This document shows positions 23,669 through 38,300 of a stretch of 64,000 nucleotides of DNA, one piece after another. Every line of letters starts with the position of its first letter. Position 1 is the first letter of the stretch. Position numbers and translations under genes: made by a program. The DNA is from Eledone cirrhosa (lineage: Eukaryota), in NCBI GenBank assembly GCA_964016885.1, contig OZ024748.1, positions 27,094,001 to 27,158,000 of the forward strand, in the 5' to 3' direction. The notes under the pieces are model-generated. The model was not told the origin of the DNA and did not search any database. It saw only the letters and a list, made by a program, of their open reading frames with translations.

Positions 23669-26600
23669 GTAATGAACATTTATACATTTATAACTTTGCT
23701 CTGGACCAGTGGTAAGTGTGTTGGACTTATGATCATAATGTTGTGGGTTCGATTCCTGGACTGGGGTGTGTGTGTTGTGTTCTTGAGCAAAACACTTCAT
23801 TTTATATTGCTCCAGTACACTCAGCTGAAAATAAGTACCAGCAACAGCTGGGGTTTAACCCTGTGATCGACAGGCGTCCTGTTCAAGGGAGAGTCTTGTA
23901 CATTCATTTGCTTCATGCCATGGAAACCAGGATAAGCACCAGCCTGTTGAGCCGCTAGGCTCTAGACTTTCTTCACTTAACCCTTTCATTACCGTATTTC
24001 TAATGAAATGTTGTTGGACCTTTGTTGTTTGCAACAACAAGTGCTCCAGTTGATTCAATTAATGGAACTGCCTGCTCCTGGAATTAATGTGTAAGTGGCT
24101 GAATATTCCATAGAAACGTGCATTCTTAACAGAGTTCTCAGGGAAATTCAGCATGACACAATATGTGACAAGGCTGGCCCCTTGAATTACAGGTACATCT
24201 AACTTTTGCCAGCTGATTGGACTGGAGCAATGTGAAATAAAGTGTCTTGCTCAAAAACATAACATGCTGTCTGGTTTGGGAATCAAACTCATGACCTTAC
24301 AATCATCAGCCCAGCATTCTTACCACACTGCCAAATGCATTCACATACAGACTATGATTTTCAAAAGAATTTGGAAATATTTGATAATATAATTGACTTT
24401 AATGTTATTTAGCTTGTGTGTTTGGAGAGCATATCTTAACATAAGATCTTGTATAAAATTATGATGGCAGGTTTTTAGATAAATATAAAAATATAAAAGC
24501 AGCAAATTGGCAGAGTTGTTAAAACGTCAGATAGAATGCTTTGTGGTATTCGTTCTGGCTCTATCTGCTCTCTACGTTCAAATCCTGCCAAAGCCAACTT
24601 TGTCTTTCATCCTTTCAAAGTTGCTAAAAAAAAGTGCCAGTCCATGCAGGGATCAATTCTTCTGTTATATCTCTTTCTCACTTCCTCTTTTTAACTCGCT
24701 CTCTCTTCTTTACTAGAAAAAATTGGCTATAGACGGGATGGTCTCCGGCATGTTTAAAGTGCTCCAGGTATTGTATGTCATTACGGTATCCCTCCCCTTC
24801 AGTTTGTTAGTTTGTTTTAAAGTGTTTGTATGGATGTATGGACAAAACATAACCGCACTACAACTATTGCAGTAGATCAAAACTGCCGTTCCCCCCCCCC
24901 CCCCCCCCCAAAGGTCTTCTTATGGTCAACTACCACTGTCGTATCCCCCCTCCCCTCTTGCTGTACAAAACAGTTCAAATTTGAGCTTAAGATCTTTACT
25001 GAGATAAATCAGTGATTTAATGTGTTGGTAGGTGTTGATCAATGCTTTGTCCTTAGTTCTCATATTTTTAACAATCACCTTTTCATTCAAACTGCAGGAT
25101 CAAAAACCCCATCCAAAAAGACCTGATATTATTTCTGAATTCCAACGTCATACAGATAATATTCAATCTATTATGAATGAGAAGTAAGTTGTTACATTAT
25201 ATTTTTCACTGTATTTGAAATTATTTCATTACAACCTTCATTTTCGACTTCTTGCCAAGTCAACAGTTTTATGTTCATATTTCCAGTCATTGTGGTCCTT
25301 TATTATCTCCTTTGTGAGGCTTGACATCTTCAGATCAATTCTTACTACTTCTGTCCATCTTGTTCCACAGGCTTCATATATTTCTATAGTTTCATACTTT
25401 TCCCCTTAACACTTATTCTTCATACACATTACATATCCATACACTCCATCCAACCATTGGTGATGTTGATGGTAGTGATGGTGGTGGTGATAGTGATGAT
25501 GTTGATAGTGGTGGTAGTGTTGGGGATGATGGTGGTGTTGGTGCTGGTGGTGGTGATGATGATAATGATGATGATGGTAGTAGTGGTGATGTTGATGAGG
25601 TTGTAGTGAATACAGGGTCACGTCCATGTAACTGTTAAGATGTATTCTTCGCAGGATGAATGATAAAAAGAATGATGAAGAATTGTGATGTTGTTGACAA
25701 CGTTTATTTTGTAATAATAAAATTCACTTGTTGGTACATCGAAGATTGAGTAATAAAATCATGACACAATTATCACTACATTAGTTGTTTTACTAGCTAC
25801 TTCGAGCTAGCGTAAATGCACACCAATAATGTGCATGTGTTGTTAAGTTAATACTATTAGTAATGGCATTTCTATCAAAAATCTCATTATGCTGACATCT
25901 TAATGGCATTTCTATCAAAAATCCCATTATGCTGACATCTTAATGGCATTTCTATCAAAAATCTCATTATGCCGACATTTTAATGGTATCTCTATCAAAA
26001 CAACCTTATTGTGTTGACATTTTAATGGCATCTCTATAAAAAAAATCTCATTGTGTTGACATTTTAATGGCATCTCTATCAAAAATCTCATTGTGTTGAC
26101 ATTTTAATGACCCTTCTATCAAAAATCTCATTGTGTTGACATTTTAATGACCCTTCTATCAAAAATCTCATTGTGTTGACATTTTAATGACCCTTCTATC
26201 AAAAATCTCATTGTATGTATCAAAGAAAACGATACAATAGAAGTTGTGTGTTGTGCTTTACAGTAGTAGAGAATGACAGGAAGTCAAAAGGATAGACAAA
26301 GTGTATAAGGGACAATAGAAGGAAACCTACTGTGTGTGTGTGTAATCCCTAGCAAATGTGGTTTCTGTAGTAGTGGTCAGTACCTCTCTCTAATTCACTG
26401 CCAGTCTGGTGAGCGAGTAAGAAATGTGACAGAATAGTAACTAGAAGACTGTATTCATGAAGAGAATCCATAGTGTTAGTAGAATAGTTCTTCTTTCGTC
26501 TGTGTTAACCACTATCTCTGATTTGTCTCTTGAAGCGCTTGTATTTATAAGAATACTATAGCTAGAAGAACCTGTATATGGTTTTTGAGACAATAGTGGC

Positions 26601-29320
26601 CATCTGCCTGTTGTCTGTCAAGTGTCTGGGGTCACAGGTCAAGTGGTATATAACATTTATCATAGTTGCCTTTTGACAGGACAATGGTAAGAACGCCTAA
26701 CAATAGGTGACTTTAGAGGCGAGAATTTTTAGATTCGATTTCAAATCTCTACCAGGCAAAACATAGAAGAATTCAGTTACAAGGTGATGATGGTAGGAAT
26801 GATGATGATAATGCCATCATATTCCTCTTTACACTTGATACTTCTAATGCCCAGTTTTTTCCCTTAGCTCCCTTGTGTGCTCTGTTGTTTGTGCATGCTG
26901 GCATTGCACATCCAGTGGATTCATGTTCTTGCTGCCTCATTTCTTTCCAATTTATCCATATCCTCCACATTCAGCAACCATGTCTTATCACCATACTACA
27001 TTGCACTTCTTACACAAGTGCCATACAATTTACTGTCTATTCAAAGGGTCGGGAGGACTCTTCAGCTGTGCTATTGACATGACAACTTTCCTAGAGATGG
27101 TGCTCCACACGTTAAACAATAACCCAGTACACTCTGGAAAGTGGTAAAGTGGTTGGTGGTAGGCAGAACATTCAACCATAGAACACATGCCAAATAAAGG
27201 GTTAGGTGGAGTCTTCAGCTGTGCCATTGATGTGACAACCTCCCTTAGTGTTTGTGATCGGAATGTTAAATGATCATCCAGTACACTCCTATATAGTGGT
27301 TGCTAATAGGAAGAGCATCCTCAAAACTTGTCAAGAAGACTCTTCCAAAGACAACAAAATCAAATGGTATCCAGTTGTAGAAAACTTGCCAGATAAAGAG
27401 TTGGGGAAGGGGAGGAGAGTCTCTTCAGCTATGTCAAGGACATGATAGCTTCCATAGTGTTGGTGGTCTGTGACGACATGTCCAACCTTTGCTAGCAGGG
27501 AAACTGAACATGTTGGTGATGATGATGATCATCTATTACATATAATATTGTTTTTCTCTGTCAGCCTGTCCTATATTTCCTAACATCATTTGAATACCCA
27601 ACCTCCATTGTTTGTATGATTTAAGCACAATATATACAGGTCCATGTGAGCAAGACTCGGTCTTCTGACCTGAAATGGACTTTAAATGGTGATGATGATG
27701 ATGATGATGATGATGATGTTTCTACCTACCCCATTACTACATATCAAATATGGTCCACTTCTCTGTTGTTAAATTGATCATCATCATCATTGTCATCATT
27801 ACCCTTCTATCATCACTGTCATCACCCTCATCAACCCATTCTCCTCATCATCAACCTCCTCTCTCTCCTTACCTCACTCTGTCTCTCACTCTCTCACTCC
27901 CTCTCTTTCACCCACCACTCATTCATACCAGTTACTATTCTACACTAATATTTTATTCTGCAGAATAATTGACATTGTGAAAGTTTATGAGAAGAGGATT
28001 GAAGAGTTGGAGAAAGACCTAGAATACTATCAGTAAGTTTTGTCTGTTATCATCATCATCGCCATTTAATGTCTATTTTTCATGCTAGCATAGATTAGTT
28101 GTCCAGATAAGTTGTGAGACAAGTCAGATCAGGTGACTGTGTCCTGCTCATATAGAACTGTGGTTAGTAAATAGATTTCAAGACTTTATAGTCTCCTTTT
28201 TAGATTCATGCATAGCCCTTCATATCTGCTGCCAATCTAACAATTCTGCCAATCTATCAATTTCTGCCAATCTGTCAATTCTGTCATTCTAACAAGTCTG
28301 CCAATATAACAGTTCTGCCAATCTAACAATTCTACCAATCTAACAAGTCTACCAATCTAACAATTCTGCTAATCTAACAATTCTGCCAATCTAACAAGTC
28401 TACCAATCTAATAATTTTACCAATCTAACAATTCTGCCAATTTAACAATTCTACTATGCTACCAATCTAACAAGTCTACCAATCTAACAATTCTGCCAAT
28501 CTAACAATTCTACTATGCTACCAATCTAACAATTCTACCAATCTAACAATTCTGCTAATCTAACAATTCTGCCAATCTAACAATTCTACTATGCTACCAA
28601 TCTAACAAGTCTACTAATCTAACAAGTCTACCAATCTAACAATTCTACCAATCTAATAAGTCTGCCAATCTAACAAGTCTGTCAGTTTATCAATTCTGTC
28701 AATTTAACAATTCTGCTAATCCACTGCACTATTATACAATATTACTAGATGTTGATATAGTATGATCAGGGCTGGATTAAAGCAACCAAGTGCCATGGGC
28801 TTTAGAAAATGTGCCGACATTCCCTCCCAGCACTTGCTTGCAAGAAACTTAATGAAAATTTATAATACTTAGAGCTATGCTGATATTCCAAGTGGATCTG
28901 AAAATGTTGAACCTGTCAGAGGAGATGATGAAGTATGGCAGTAGGTTGAGGGAAAAGACCCATCCAACTCATGCAATGGAGGGAAACTGTGCTGGAAAAG
29001 TGACATAAAAGGATGTTGACAATGAGACAATGATGACGTTAGTTAGTTGGGTTTTTGTGTTAAGAGGTTAGACAAGTTAGGTGACCACATCTTGCTCATA
29101 TGATCGGTTTTTTACTTGGTTTTCTATGGCTAGATGCCTTTCCTAATGCCAACCACAATATAGGGTGGACTTTTGCTTTTTGTCATGCCACCAGCATGAT
29201 CACCTTACAGAGTGGACTGGGTGCTTTTCATTGTAATACTAACACCATCACTGTACAGGGTAGATGACATGCTTTTTGTCATGTCACCAGCACTGACAGA
29301 GAGCAAGAAATTTGTCAGGA

Positions 29321-29395
<75 letters not shown>

Positions 29396-32300
29396 TATTA
29401 GATATGTCTCATTTGAAATAATACAGCCAATTTTCCACGCAATACTTTTAGTTAGCACCCCAAACACAATTGGGAATATAATCACTTATTTCCTAATGTT
29501 TGTTGAGTGAGTTGGAATTTGGCCGGAGTATCGCTAAAAAGCTTTCTCCGATATTGTATTTATATATATATATATATATCATCATTACCATTTAACATCT
29601 ATATCGTTATTTATATTTAAAAAGGGACAGGGCTCCTTAGATTATGAAACTCTGGACTTATAGCTCATGTGTAAAACTGGTACTGACTATGATATAAACT
29701 ATTCTTTATAAGATATGTTGTTTCATTTACCTTTATGACTGTTGTTATCTTTACAGAAAGAAACATCAAAAAGGTGCAGAAAATGAAGGATTTCTGAGTG
29801 AAAGATCTTCACTACATAGGGTAACTGTTGTCTTTTGTTTATTTATGGCCTGTTGACCCTATCTTGTGAGCCTAGCGTGTACATACATACACACACATAC
29901 ATACTGTGTGTGTGTGTTTTTTATTAGGTCAGCTCTCGCAACCTCTGCCCAGGTCTTTCTTGGTCGTCCTCATCACATGTCCAAACCAACTCAGTCTTCT
30001 CTCCTGTACACTACCTCGAATTTCACTTAAACCCAGCTTCTCCCTCAACTTGTCCAAGCTCTGCTCCTCTCTCACATTTACATTACACATCCAACGAAAC
30101 AGAAATCCCTGGCCTAGCAGTGCTACCGGGGAGCATTGCCAGTTCGGGATAAGCTCTACAGGCATGGAGATGCTGTCAGCCGAGCCTGTTCGAGATGCGC
30201 GCAGGGAGATGAAGCCGTCCTGCACGCATTCATTCAGTGCCTGAGGATTGCTGACTTGTGGAGCTATGTCAAACAGTTGCTGTCGCATGTAGGACGGATC
30301 CGGTTATCAACGGAGTCCATTGTGCAGATAGAATTTTTGTTGTTTGAATTTTTTTTATATTTCTATCTTCTTGTTATAACCTTTTTTACACGGCCAAAAC
30401 CCACATTGTATCGTTCTGTGCTGCCTGTAATATTTTTCTTCATGTTAGCCCTTGTGGCCAATAAAGAAACCATTATTAGGAAGAGAGTATTAACGTTTCG
30501 GATACTAGTCCTTCATCAGAAGAAACAATGAGAAATTAGAAAGATTGAAGGGATGGGCTGGGCGGATCGGAAAAAATGTTTTTAGAGAAAAATAACAGGT
30601 TCATGTTGCCATCTCTTGGAAAACTGTTATGCCCAGTTAAATAACCAAAACCTTGGTTATTTATTTATTCAATTCATATATGCCCTGTGATGTTGTAAAA
30701 CTACTATGACTGGAAATTTACAAATTGGATTAAACACTGAACTGTCTTTTGCCAATGTTACTATGGATGATAAAATCACATTCGAGCTTTGAATATCTGT
30801 CTGCCTTATACAGTTGTATTATCTACTCATCTGATCTACCTTATATATATACTCAAATTCTACTGCCTTTGTTTATTGACTCAGTTGGACTAAAACCTTT
30901 TTCATCATGTCCTCATGATTCAGGTTTATCAATCTACTTTATCTTCTGGTGCCCTATTATCAAGTTATTTCAAGCTGTCATTTCTAAGCTCTCTTGTTGA
31001 TGAGTGTATCCAGTTTAGAATAGATACACCATATCACTGTATGTTGTAAGCTGCAACTAAAAAGTGTTGCATTAAAAAGATACTCTCCACCACTGTTTCT
31101 AGATTGTTCTTTTCTTTTGCCACCTTCACTACTGTAAAATTATTTACTTTCAGAATCAGGAAAAAATCCTGAAAGAATATGTTAAGAAAGTCAACTTGCT
31201 GGAGACAAAACTGAAATTGTTAGAGTTGGAAAAACAGTCACGGTATATGCCTTCTTATTCTTTCCTGTCCAAATTCCTCCTTCACTCAACTTTCCTTTCA
31301 CCACCCCACACACCCTGCCTCACCCAACAATTCCAATCTCTCTAACCATTACAGCTCTGTCATCTCCTACTGTTGCCATGACAAAAAAAAAAACACCCAG
31401 TCCACCCTATAAGGTGGTAGTGCTGGTTCCATGAAAAAAGTACCTAGTCCACCCTCTATGATGGTAGTGCAGGTGTCATTACAAAAATTACCCAGTTCAC
31501 CTTGTAAGGTGGTCATACTGGTGCTATGACAAAAAAACACCCAGTTCACCCTGTAAGGTGGTTATTCAGGTGCTACCACAAAAAAGCACCCAGCCCATCC
31601 TGTAAGGTGGTTATACTGGTGCTATAACAAAAAGCACCCAGTCTACGCTGTAAAATGGTAGTGCTGGTGTCACGACAAAAAGTACCCTACCCACCCTGTA
31701 TGGTGTTAGTGCTGATGCCATGACAAAAAATGCACACAGCACACCCTGTAAGGGTGCCACCACAAAAAGCACCCAGTCCACTTTGTAAAATGGTAGTGCT
31801 GATGCCACAACAAAAAGTATCCATAATGACTTTTATGTGTATGTCTATCTCTTTCAGAGTGGGTGCTGCCAAGGATTCAAAGGTGTCACCTATTACATCA
31901 CATCATAAACTTGTTGATATAGACGATTGTAGAAAGAGACAATATTCACACAACGACAGATTAAATCTACAGGTAAGTTAACGAGAAATCTCAGTGTAGT
32001 CTTTTTTTTCTATTTTCTTTACTAATTTTTTGGAGGTGGAGAAAGAGGGAGAGAGTGAGGGGGAGATTGAGAGAGATAGAAGAGAGAGAGCTGGGGTGAT
32101 GGATAGAAAGACAGAGGGACATAGATAGAAAGGGGGACAGAAAAGTAGGGAGATATTGCCAGGAACCTTTGTCTCACCTCAGATATTTTGTCTTTCATTC
32201 TTTGAAGGTCAATAAAAATAAGTACCTGTCCAATAATAAATTGTTTCTACTTTTGGCACAAGGCCAGCAATTATCCCAGTGTATTACTGGTACTTTATTT

Positions 32301-35300
32301 TATCAACGCCGTAAGGATGAAAGGCAAAGTTAACCTTGACGAGATTTGAACTCCAATTTAATGGACTATATGTCACTCCCCCTGCCCTCAATTGTGCCTC
32401 TGTTTGAAGTCACTTATTATCTCCATCCTATGGATACTATATAATGGTGATGGATCCTCTGTCAGTTTTGCTGATGAGCATGCAGTTGTTTGATCCACTG
32501 GATATCTTGCTTGAGATTTAGCTTGTAAGTGGTTGAGTCTTCCACAGATGCCAGGCAGAATCAGTGTATGGTCTATCTTGAATTAAAATGTAAATGGCTG
32601 AGTATTCCACAGACACATATATTTCAGGCATGTGTACCCTTAACATAATTCTTATGTGCAATCACTGACACAACATGTAACAAGGCTGTATAGTCCATCT
32701 TGTACTATAGTGTAAGTGGCTGAGTATTACATGTGGACCTTTAATGTAATTCGCAGGTAGAATCAGTGTGATGTAATATGTGACAAGGCTGGACCTTTGA
32801 ATTACAGTTACGATCCATCAGATGGGCTTCCAAACAATTTCTGTCTACCCAGTTTCATTCACATTGCTTGGGTCAATCTGAAGCTATGGTTAAGACCCTT
32901 ATCCTAGATGCCATGTAGTGGGATCGAATCCCCAGACATCTCGATTGAAAAGCAAACCTCTTAACCAATCAACTATACTTATGTATACAAGTTTAAACCA
33001 ATGTCTTTTATAAACAGGAACTGTATGAAGCCTTAGATGTAGAGGACCCTGACCAACTTCTTCCAGCTGTTCAAAAGATGAAACATGACTTAAATAGTAT
33101 GACCAAGTACAAGCAGGTAAAATCGTCAACATCATCACCATCATCATTTTTGTCCTGTTTTCCACACTTACATGGGTTGGACGGGTCTTTTTCAACACAG
33201 CATCTCTCCATTCATAGCATTTCTTTGTTATCTCCTCTGTGAGTTTCAGCGATTTGAGGTCATCTCTCACCACCTCCTCCTCCCAGGTCTTCCTGTGGCT
33301 TCCTGGAGATGTATTACAGTGTTAGCTGTTCACTACCAGCCCTTATTTTTCGAGTACCCTCCAGAGTATTTGAGCTATTACAAGCAATGTTGTTTTTTTG
33401 TAAGTGTTCCATCTGTATTGCAATCCCTATTTATTTAATGTACTTCTCAAGTTCTTTACTCACTGTGCTAAGACAACCAATTATTATTGGTATTACCACC
33501 ACCTTTTTCGGTGATCACAACTGCTTAACCTCCCAAGCTAACCTGTCACATCTATCAATTATTTTTCCTTCTTTATCACATACCTTGTTATCAGCTGGAC
33601 AGGCTATATCTATGATCCAACACTTTGCTTTCTTTCTCAATTAATACAATATCTGGTCTCCTATGCTCAATCTCATTGTTACACTATCACAAAGTCCCAC
33701 AGGATCTTTGCATCATCATTTTCAATAATGCCCTCAGGGTTATGGTTGTACCACTTTTTTGCTCTCTCAAGTGCATATTTGCCACAAAGTGCCCAATGAA
33801 CTATCCTTGTTATGTTGTCGTGAAGTCTATTATATTCTTTCTGAGCTAGTGGTGTGCATTGACTGGTAATAAGCCATACAATTTCTCCATTCATGCCACA
33901 AATTCTACACTTATCACTTTCTTCTGTGTGGTCTACTCTATGCTTGATGTAGTTAGTTCTTAGTGTTTGTTCTTGAGCAGCACAGATTATTATGTTTCCA
34001 GTTTTAGATCACTTTTAGCCATCCATAATCACCTTTTTTCTCTATCTGTCCTATCTTCAACATCTCTATGAAATTGTCCATACATTCTTTTTTCTGTCCA
34101 TCTACTTTCAGTTTCATCCATCTTCAAATGCTTGTACTATGTTTTTTTCTTTGTAATCTTCTATTTCGCACATCTCTGATCTTCTTACTTCCAGCAACAG
34201 TGGTTCTGTGGAATTGTTTATGTACCACGGCATGTTATTTTCTTCTGTTCTAATGCTGCGCTCAGTCCCTATCAGTCCTCTTCCTCCTCTTTTTCTTGGT
34301 ACATTTAATCTGCCTGTGTTGGTACATATAATCTGTCAGTATCTAGTCAATATCTTTCGTTTTTTGGTCTAAACTGTTTAGCTCGTCCACTGTCCACGTG
34401 ATCACCCCCGCCCCATATCTAAGGAGTGATACCACTGTAGAAAGAGGTGTGGTGGAGTAGTTTCCTTTCCCTCAGTAAAACCTTCATTTTCACCATTTCT
34501 TTCACTGCTATTTTCTGATATCCATCTTTTGATAGCTTCGAATTCCACTTCTGTTAACCAGCAATTTTTTCTTATTGCTCTGGCTTAGTCACATAACCTC
34601 TGCTCTGTGAGTTCAAACAAGCCCCTTTCTCTCCATTTTTTTTCATTAGTTGTTGATATCCTTTGATAGGGACCCCATTTTTATCTACAGGATTGCTGAA
34701 GTAGTAACATTCCATGACCACAACATTTACTTGTTTACTCCATTTCCATCGTGGTTGCTGGTCCATTACTGAATAACGACCTGCTGGAGCTGGACCAGGT
34801 ACTCCAGGTCTGCCAACCACGATATGTTTGCCATCGAGGGTTCCATTCCCGTTAATGCCATTGTTCTCAAAATATTTTAAATTTAACATAATCATTCATA
34901 TGATGTAGAAAAAAGTTGATTTAACATATGAGGTAGCAATTATTAGGTTGCGTACCTACCAGTGTTTTTATCGTGACACCATCACTATTTTTATTATTAT
35001 AAAGAAATCATTATCTCCATCATCACTATCGAACTCCTCATCACCACCACCATCACCATCATCACTATCAAACTAATCATCAACATCACCACCATTATTG
35101 TAAACAACTTTTTCTTGGAGAAAATATATGAGAATATATCTGCTACTTTGGGGAAAGTATTTATGTTACTTTTTACCTACTTTGATTGGCCAGTAGTGAA
35201 ATTATTATAATATAGTTGTGGTCATTGCTGTTTTTGGTTGTGGGTTATGTTGGCGTGTTATAATAATTGTTTCTACGTTTGGCACAAGGCCAGCAATTAT

Positions 35301-38300
35301 ACAGTGCATTACTGGTACTCTATTTTATCGACTCCGTAAGAATGAAAGGCAAAGTTAACCTCGGTGGGATTTGAACTCAGAATGGCAAGGGTCGTAACTC
35401 TATACGTCAAAGCATGGCGTCCGACCCTCTACCGATACTGCCAATCCACCATGTGTTATAATAATAATTATTATTATTATTCTTTGCCTTTCATCCTTAC
35501 GGGGTCGATAAAATAAAGTACCAGTAATGCACTGGGTAATTGCTGGCCTTGTGCCAAAAGTAGAAACAATTGTTGGTGTTGTTGTTGTTGTCATTCTTGT
35601 TGTTAGCAGCAGCAGCTGGTATGGGACAATGTTGTTGTTTGTGGGAAAACTGTTGTTACCGACTGTCAAAACTTTGGCTGCGTTGTTGTGCCTTTGAAAT
35701 TTGTTGTTTGTATCAAATGTATTGTTGTGAAATTTTATGTTGTATCTGTTGGTCTTGTCGGGTGGCGGACGTTTAATATTTATTTCAAATATTTTTTCGG
35801 TGTAGATGTAGCGGAGAAACAGATAGAGAGGAAGAATCGACCCCAGTACTTGACTGGTACTTTTTTTTATCGACTTTGAATGGATGAAAAGCAAAGTTGA
35901 CCTTGCCAAAACTGGAATATATGTGAGACATGCCCCCCCCCCCCCCCTCCTGCTTGTCTGGGATGACAGTATCTCCAATTAAGTACTGACTTGGTCTGTG
36001 ACAACATTTTCAACCCATGCCAGTATGGAAAAACTAATGTAAAATGATGATGATGATTGACATTGTATTTTCTTCTTACTTTTTTTTTTTTCAGTTTTGC
36101 TCTAGAATGTGTAGCATGGTTCAACAGACACATTACAATAAGACAAAAGACCATGAAATATCATCAAGGTGTGAACTGTCTGAAGACACATTAAAATATG
36201 TCTTGGAGATGTTGTCCTCATTCAATGAGGACATCCAGAAACGGCAGGTAAAATATGTCATTAAAATATGTCCTAGAAATGTCCTCGGTCAATGAGGACA
36301 TCCAAAAATGTTAGGTAATATACATCATCTTTTATAACTTGAAAATACGGTTAAGAACAAAATTAGGGTTTAGTTTCTTGTTGTTGTTGTTTAACTGAAA
36401 CTTTCAAATATTTTTTTACAAAATTTAATCAAATGAGTCAAGGGCGTGTCCTTGACACTTCTTTAGCGCCTCCGAGACATGTCAAGGGGAGAGGCAGAGC
36501 TTCTGAAACTGGTAGTGGTATGGGGTCAGGGCTTCCAGGAACCAATAGGGGAAACAGCAGAGTCTCGTGTGGAAGAGGCAAGGCTTCAGAAACTGGTGGT
36601 GGTGGGGGAAGGGCCTCCAGAACTGGTAGAGGGAAGGGCAGAGCCTCTTGAGACTGGTTGGAGGAGAGGGGGGCTTCAGAAACTGGTGGAGGTGATGGGG
36701 GGGGGGGGGGGGGGGGCAGAACTTTTTTTGGGAAGTGGGATATATATCACTGTTTTGTTTTTTAATCTCCATTTTTTATAAATGTTTTCATTGTTTTTCA
36801 GGATCTCATTACCTGTGTCAATAAAATGATCAACACTTTTATACCATGGGCCAGTGTAAAGTTTCACTCCACCGATTCCTTACAAGAAATAGTTCCAAGG
36901 TTACAGAAGATCTGCCAGTCATTGGTTCACATTACAACCATGGTTGGTGAATAAAGTCCTTCATTGTTGAAACTCCTTCATAATCCTCCCCCACACCCAT
37001 CAAGTCAACATTACAATCAGTAAATTCCCTTCACATATCAACGTAAGTCTTCTCCCTCCCACTGTCACGTGTGTCACTGCTACACGTCACATGACTCACT
37101 GCCATGTCACATGACTCGCTACCATGCCATATTTGATATACAATTTTCAAAGGCCTCAAACTCCCGTTCTTTTATTTTGTCCTGTTACTTGTAAGTACAT
37201 CATGTATACTGCTCTCTCTCTCTCACACATATATATATGTATATCAAGGAAACAAGAAACGAACAGTGACATGGCTGAAAATTGTGAGGTGAATCGTGGA
37301 GTATTGGGTGGAGCAGAAGTGTTGGACGATGGGAAATGGGTTGCCCAGTTGGATGTCTCGGAGGTGCTCAGCAAATCTGTCTGTCAAACGACAGCCAGTT
37401 TTGCCTATATAGATGGCCTCACATAGTATGCACTGGATCCTGTGAACGAGACTCGTGGAAGTGCAGCAGAGGAAGTCCCTAAATGTGGAAAGTTTGGCCA
37501 GTGAGAGTGGTAGTGTCAGTGAGGAAAGAACACGTGTGGCAGTGGAATTGGGAGCAGGGGTGGGATCCGGGAGATAAGTGGGAGGAGGGGGGGCGGGAAG
37601 TGAACTGCAGATGAGGAGATTGTGGAGGTTGCATGCACACTTGAAGGAGGGGTCCGACTGGAGGTTGCAGAAGAGACAGGATCATCTTCTGGAGAGGTAA
37701 GATGAAGGAGTGGTAGGTAAGGAGGAAGGGTAGCCAGTTGGTGTGGTGGGTGGGGTGGGGGTCGACCTGGACCAGGGCTGGGGGGTACCCTCACCAAGTA
37801 AACAGTCTAGCCATATTGAAGCTTGGGCTTTAAAGTCATGGGTTTAGTTGCACAGACGGTGAAGTAATTGGGAGTAGGGGATGGATTGTTTGGTGTGGGT
37901 GGAGTGCAAAGATGTGAAATCAAGGTAGGAGTGAGAGTCAGTGAGTTTAAAAAAGGCTTAGGTGATGAGGGAATGATGGGAGTGGTCAATTGAAAGAGAG
38001 ATGTCGAGGAAGTGGACGGAAGTGGTGGTGATGGAGGTGGTGAAGTCAAGGGCAGGGGGGAAAGGAGTTGAGCTGTTCTTGAGTGAGTGAGGTGGTGCTG
38101 ATACAGTCGTTGATATGCTGACTGTATAGCTCTGGGGTGGAACCCATGTATTTGGCAAAGATTTGGGCCTCAGCGTAGTCGACAAATAAGTTGGTGTAGT
38201 TGGGGCCCATTCTTGTGTCCATGACAACTCCAGTCACCTGTTGGTAAACCTCTATGTATTATATATATATATATATACTAGCAGTGGTACCTGGTGTTTC

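Noticed and set aside
36433-36781. Gly/Arg- or Pro-rich ORFs
   Set aside because: Produced by a degenerate ~40-bp G-rich repeat and a poly-G run inside a CEP70 intron.
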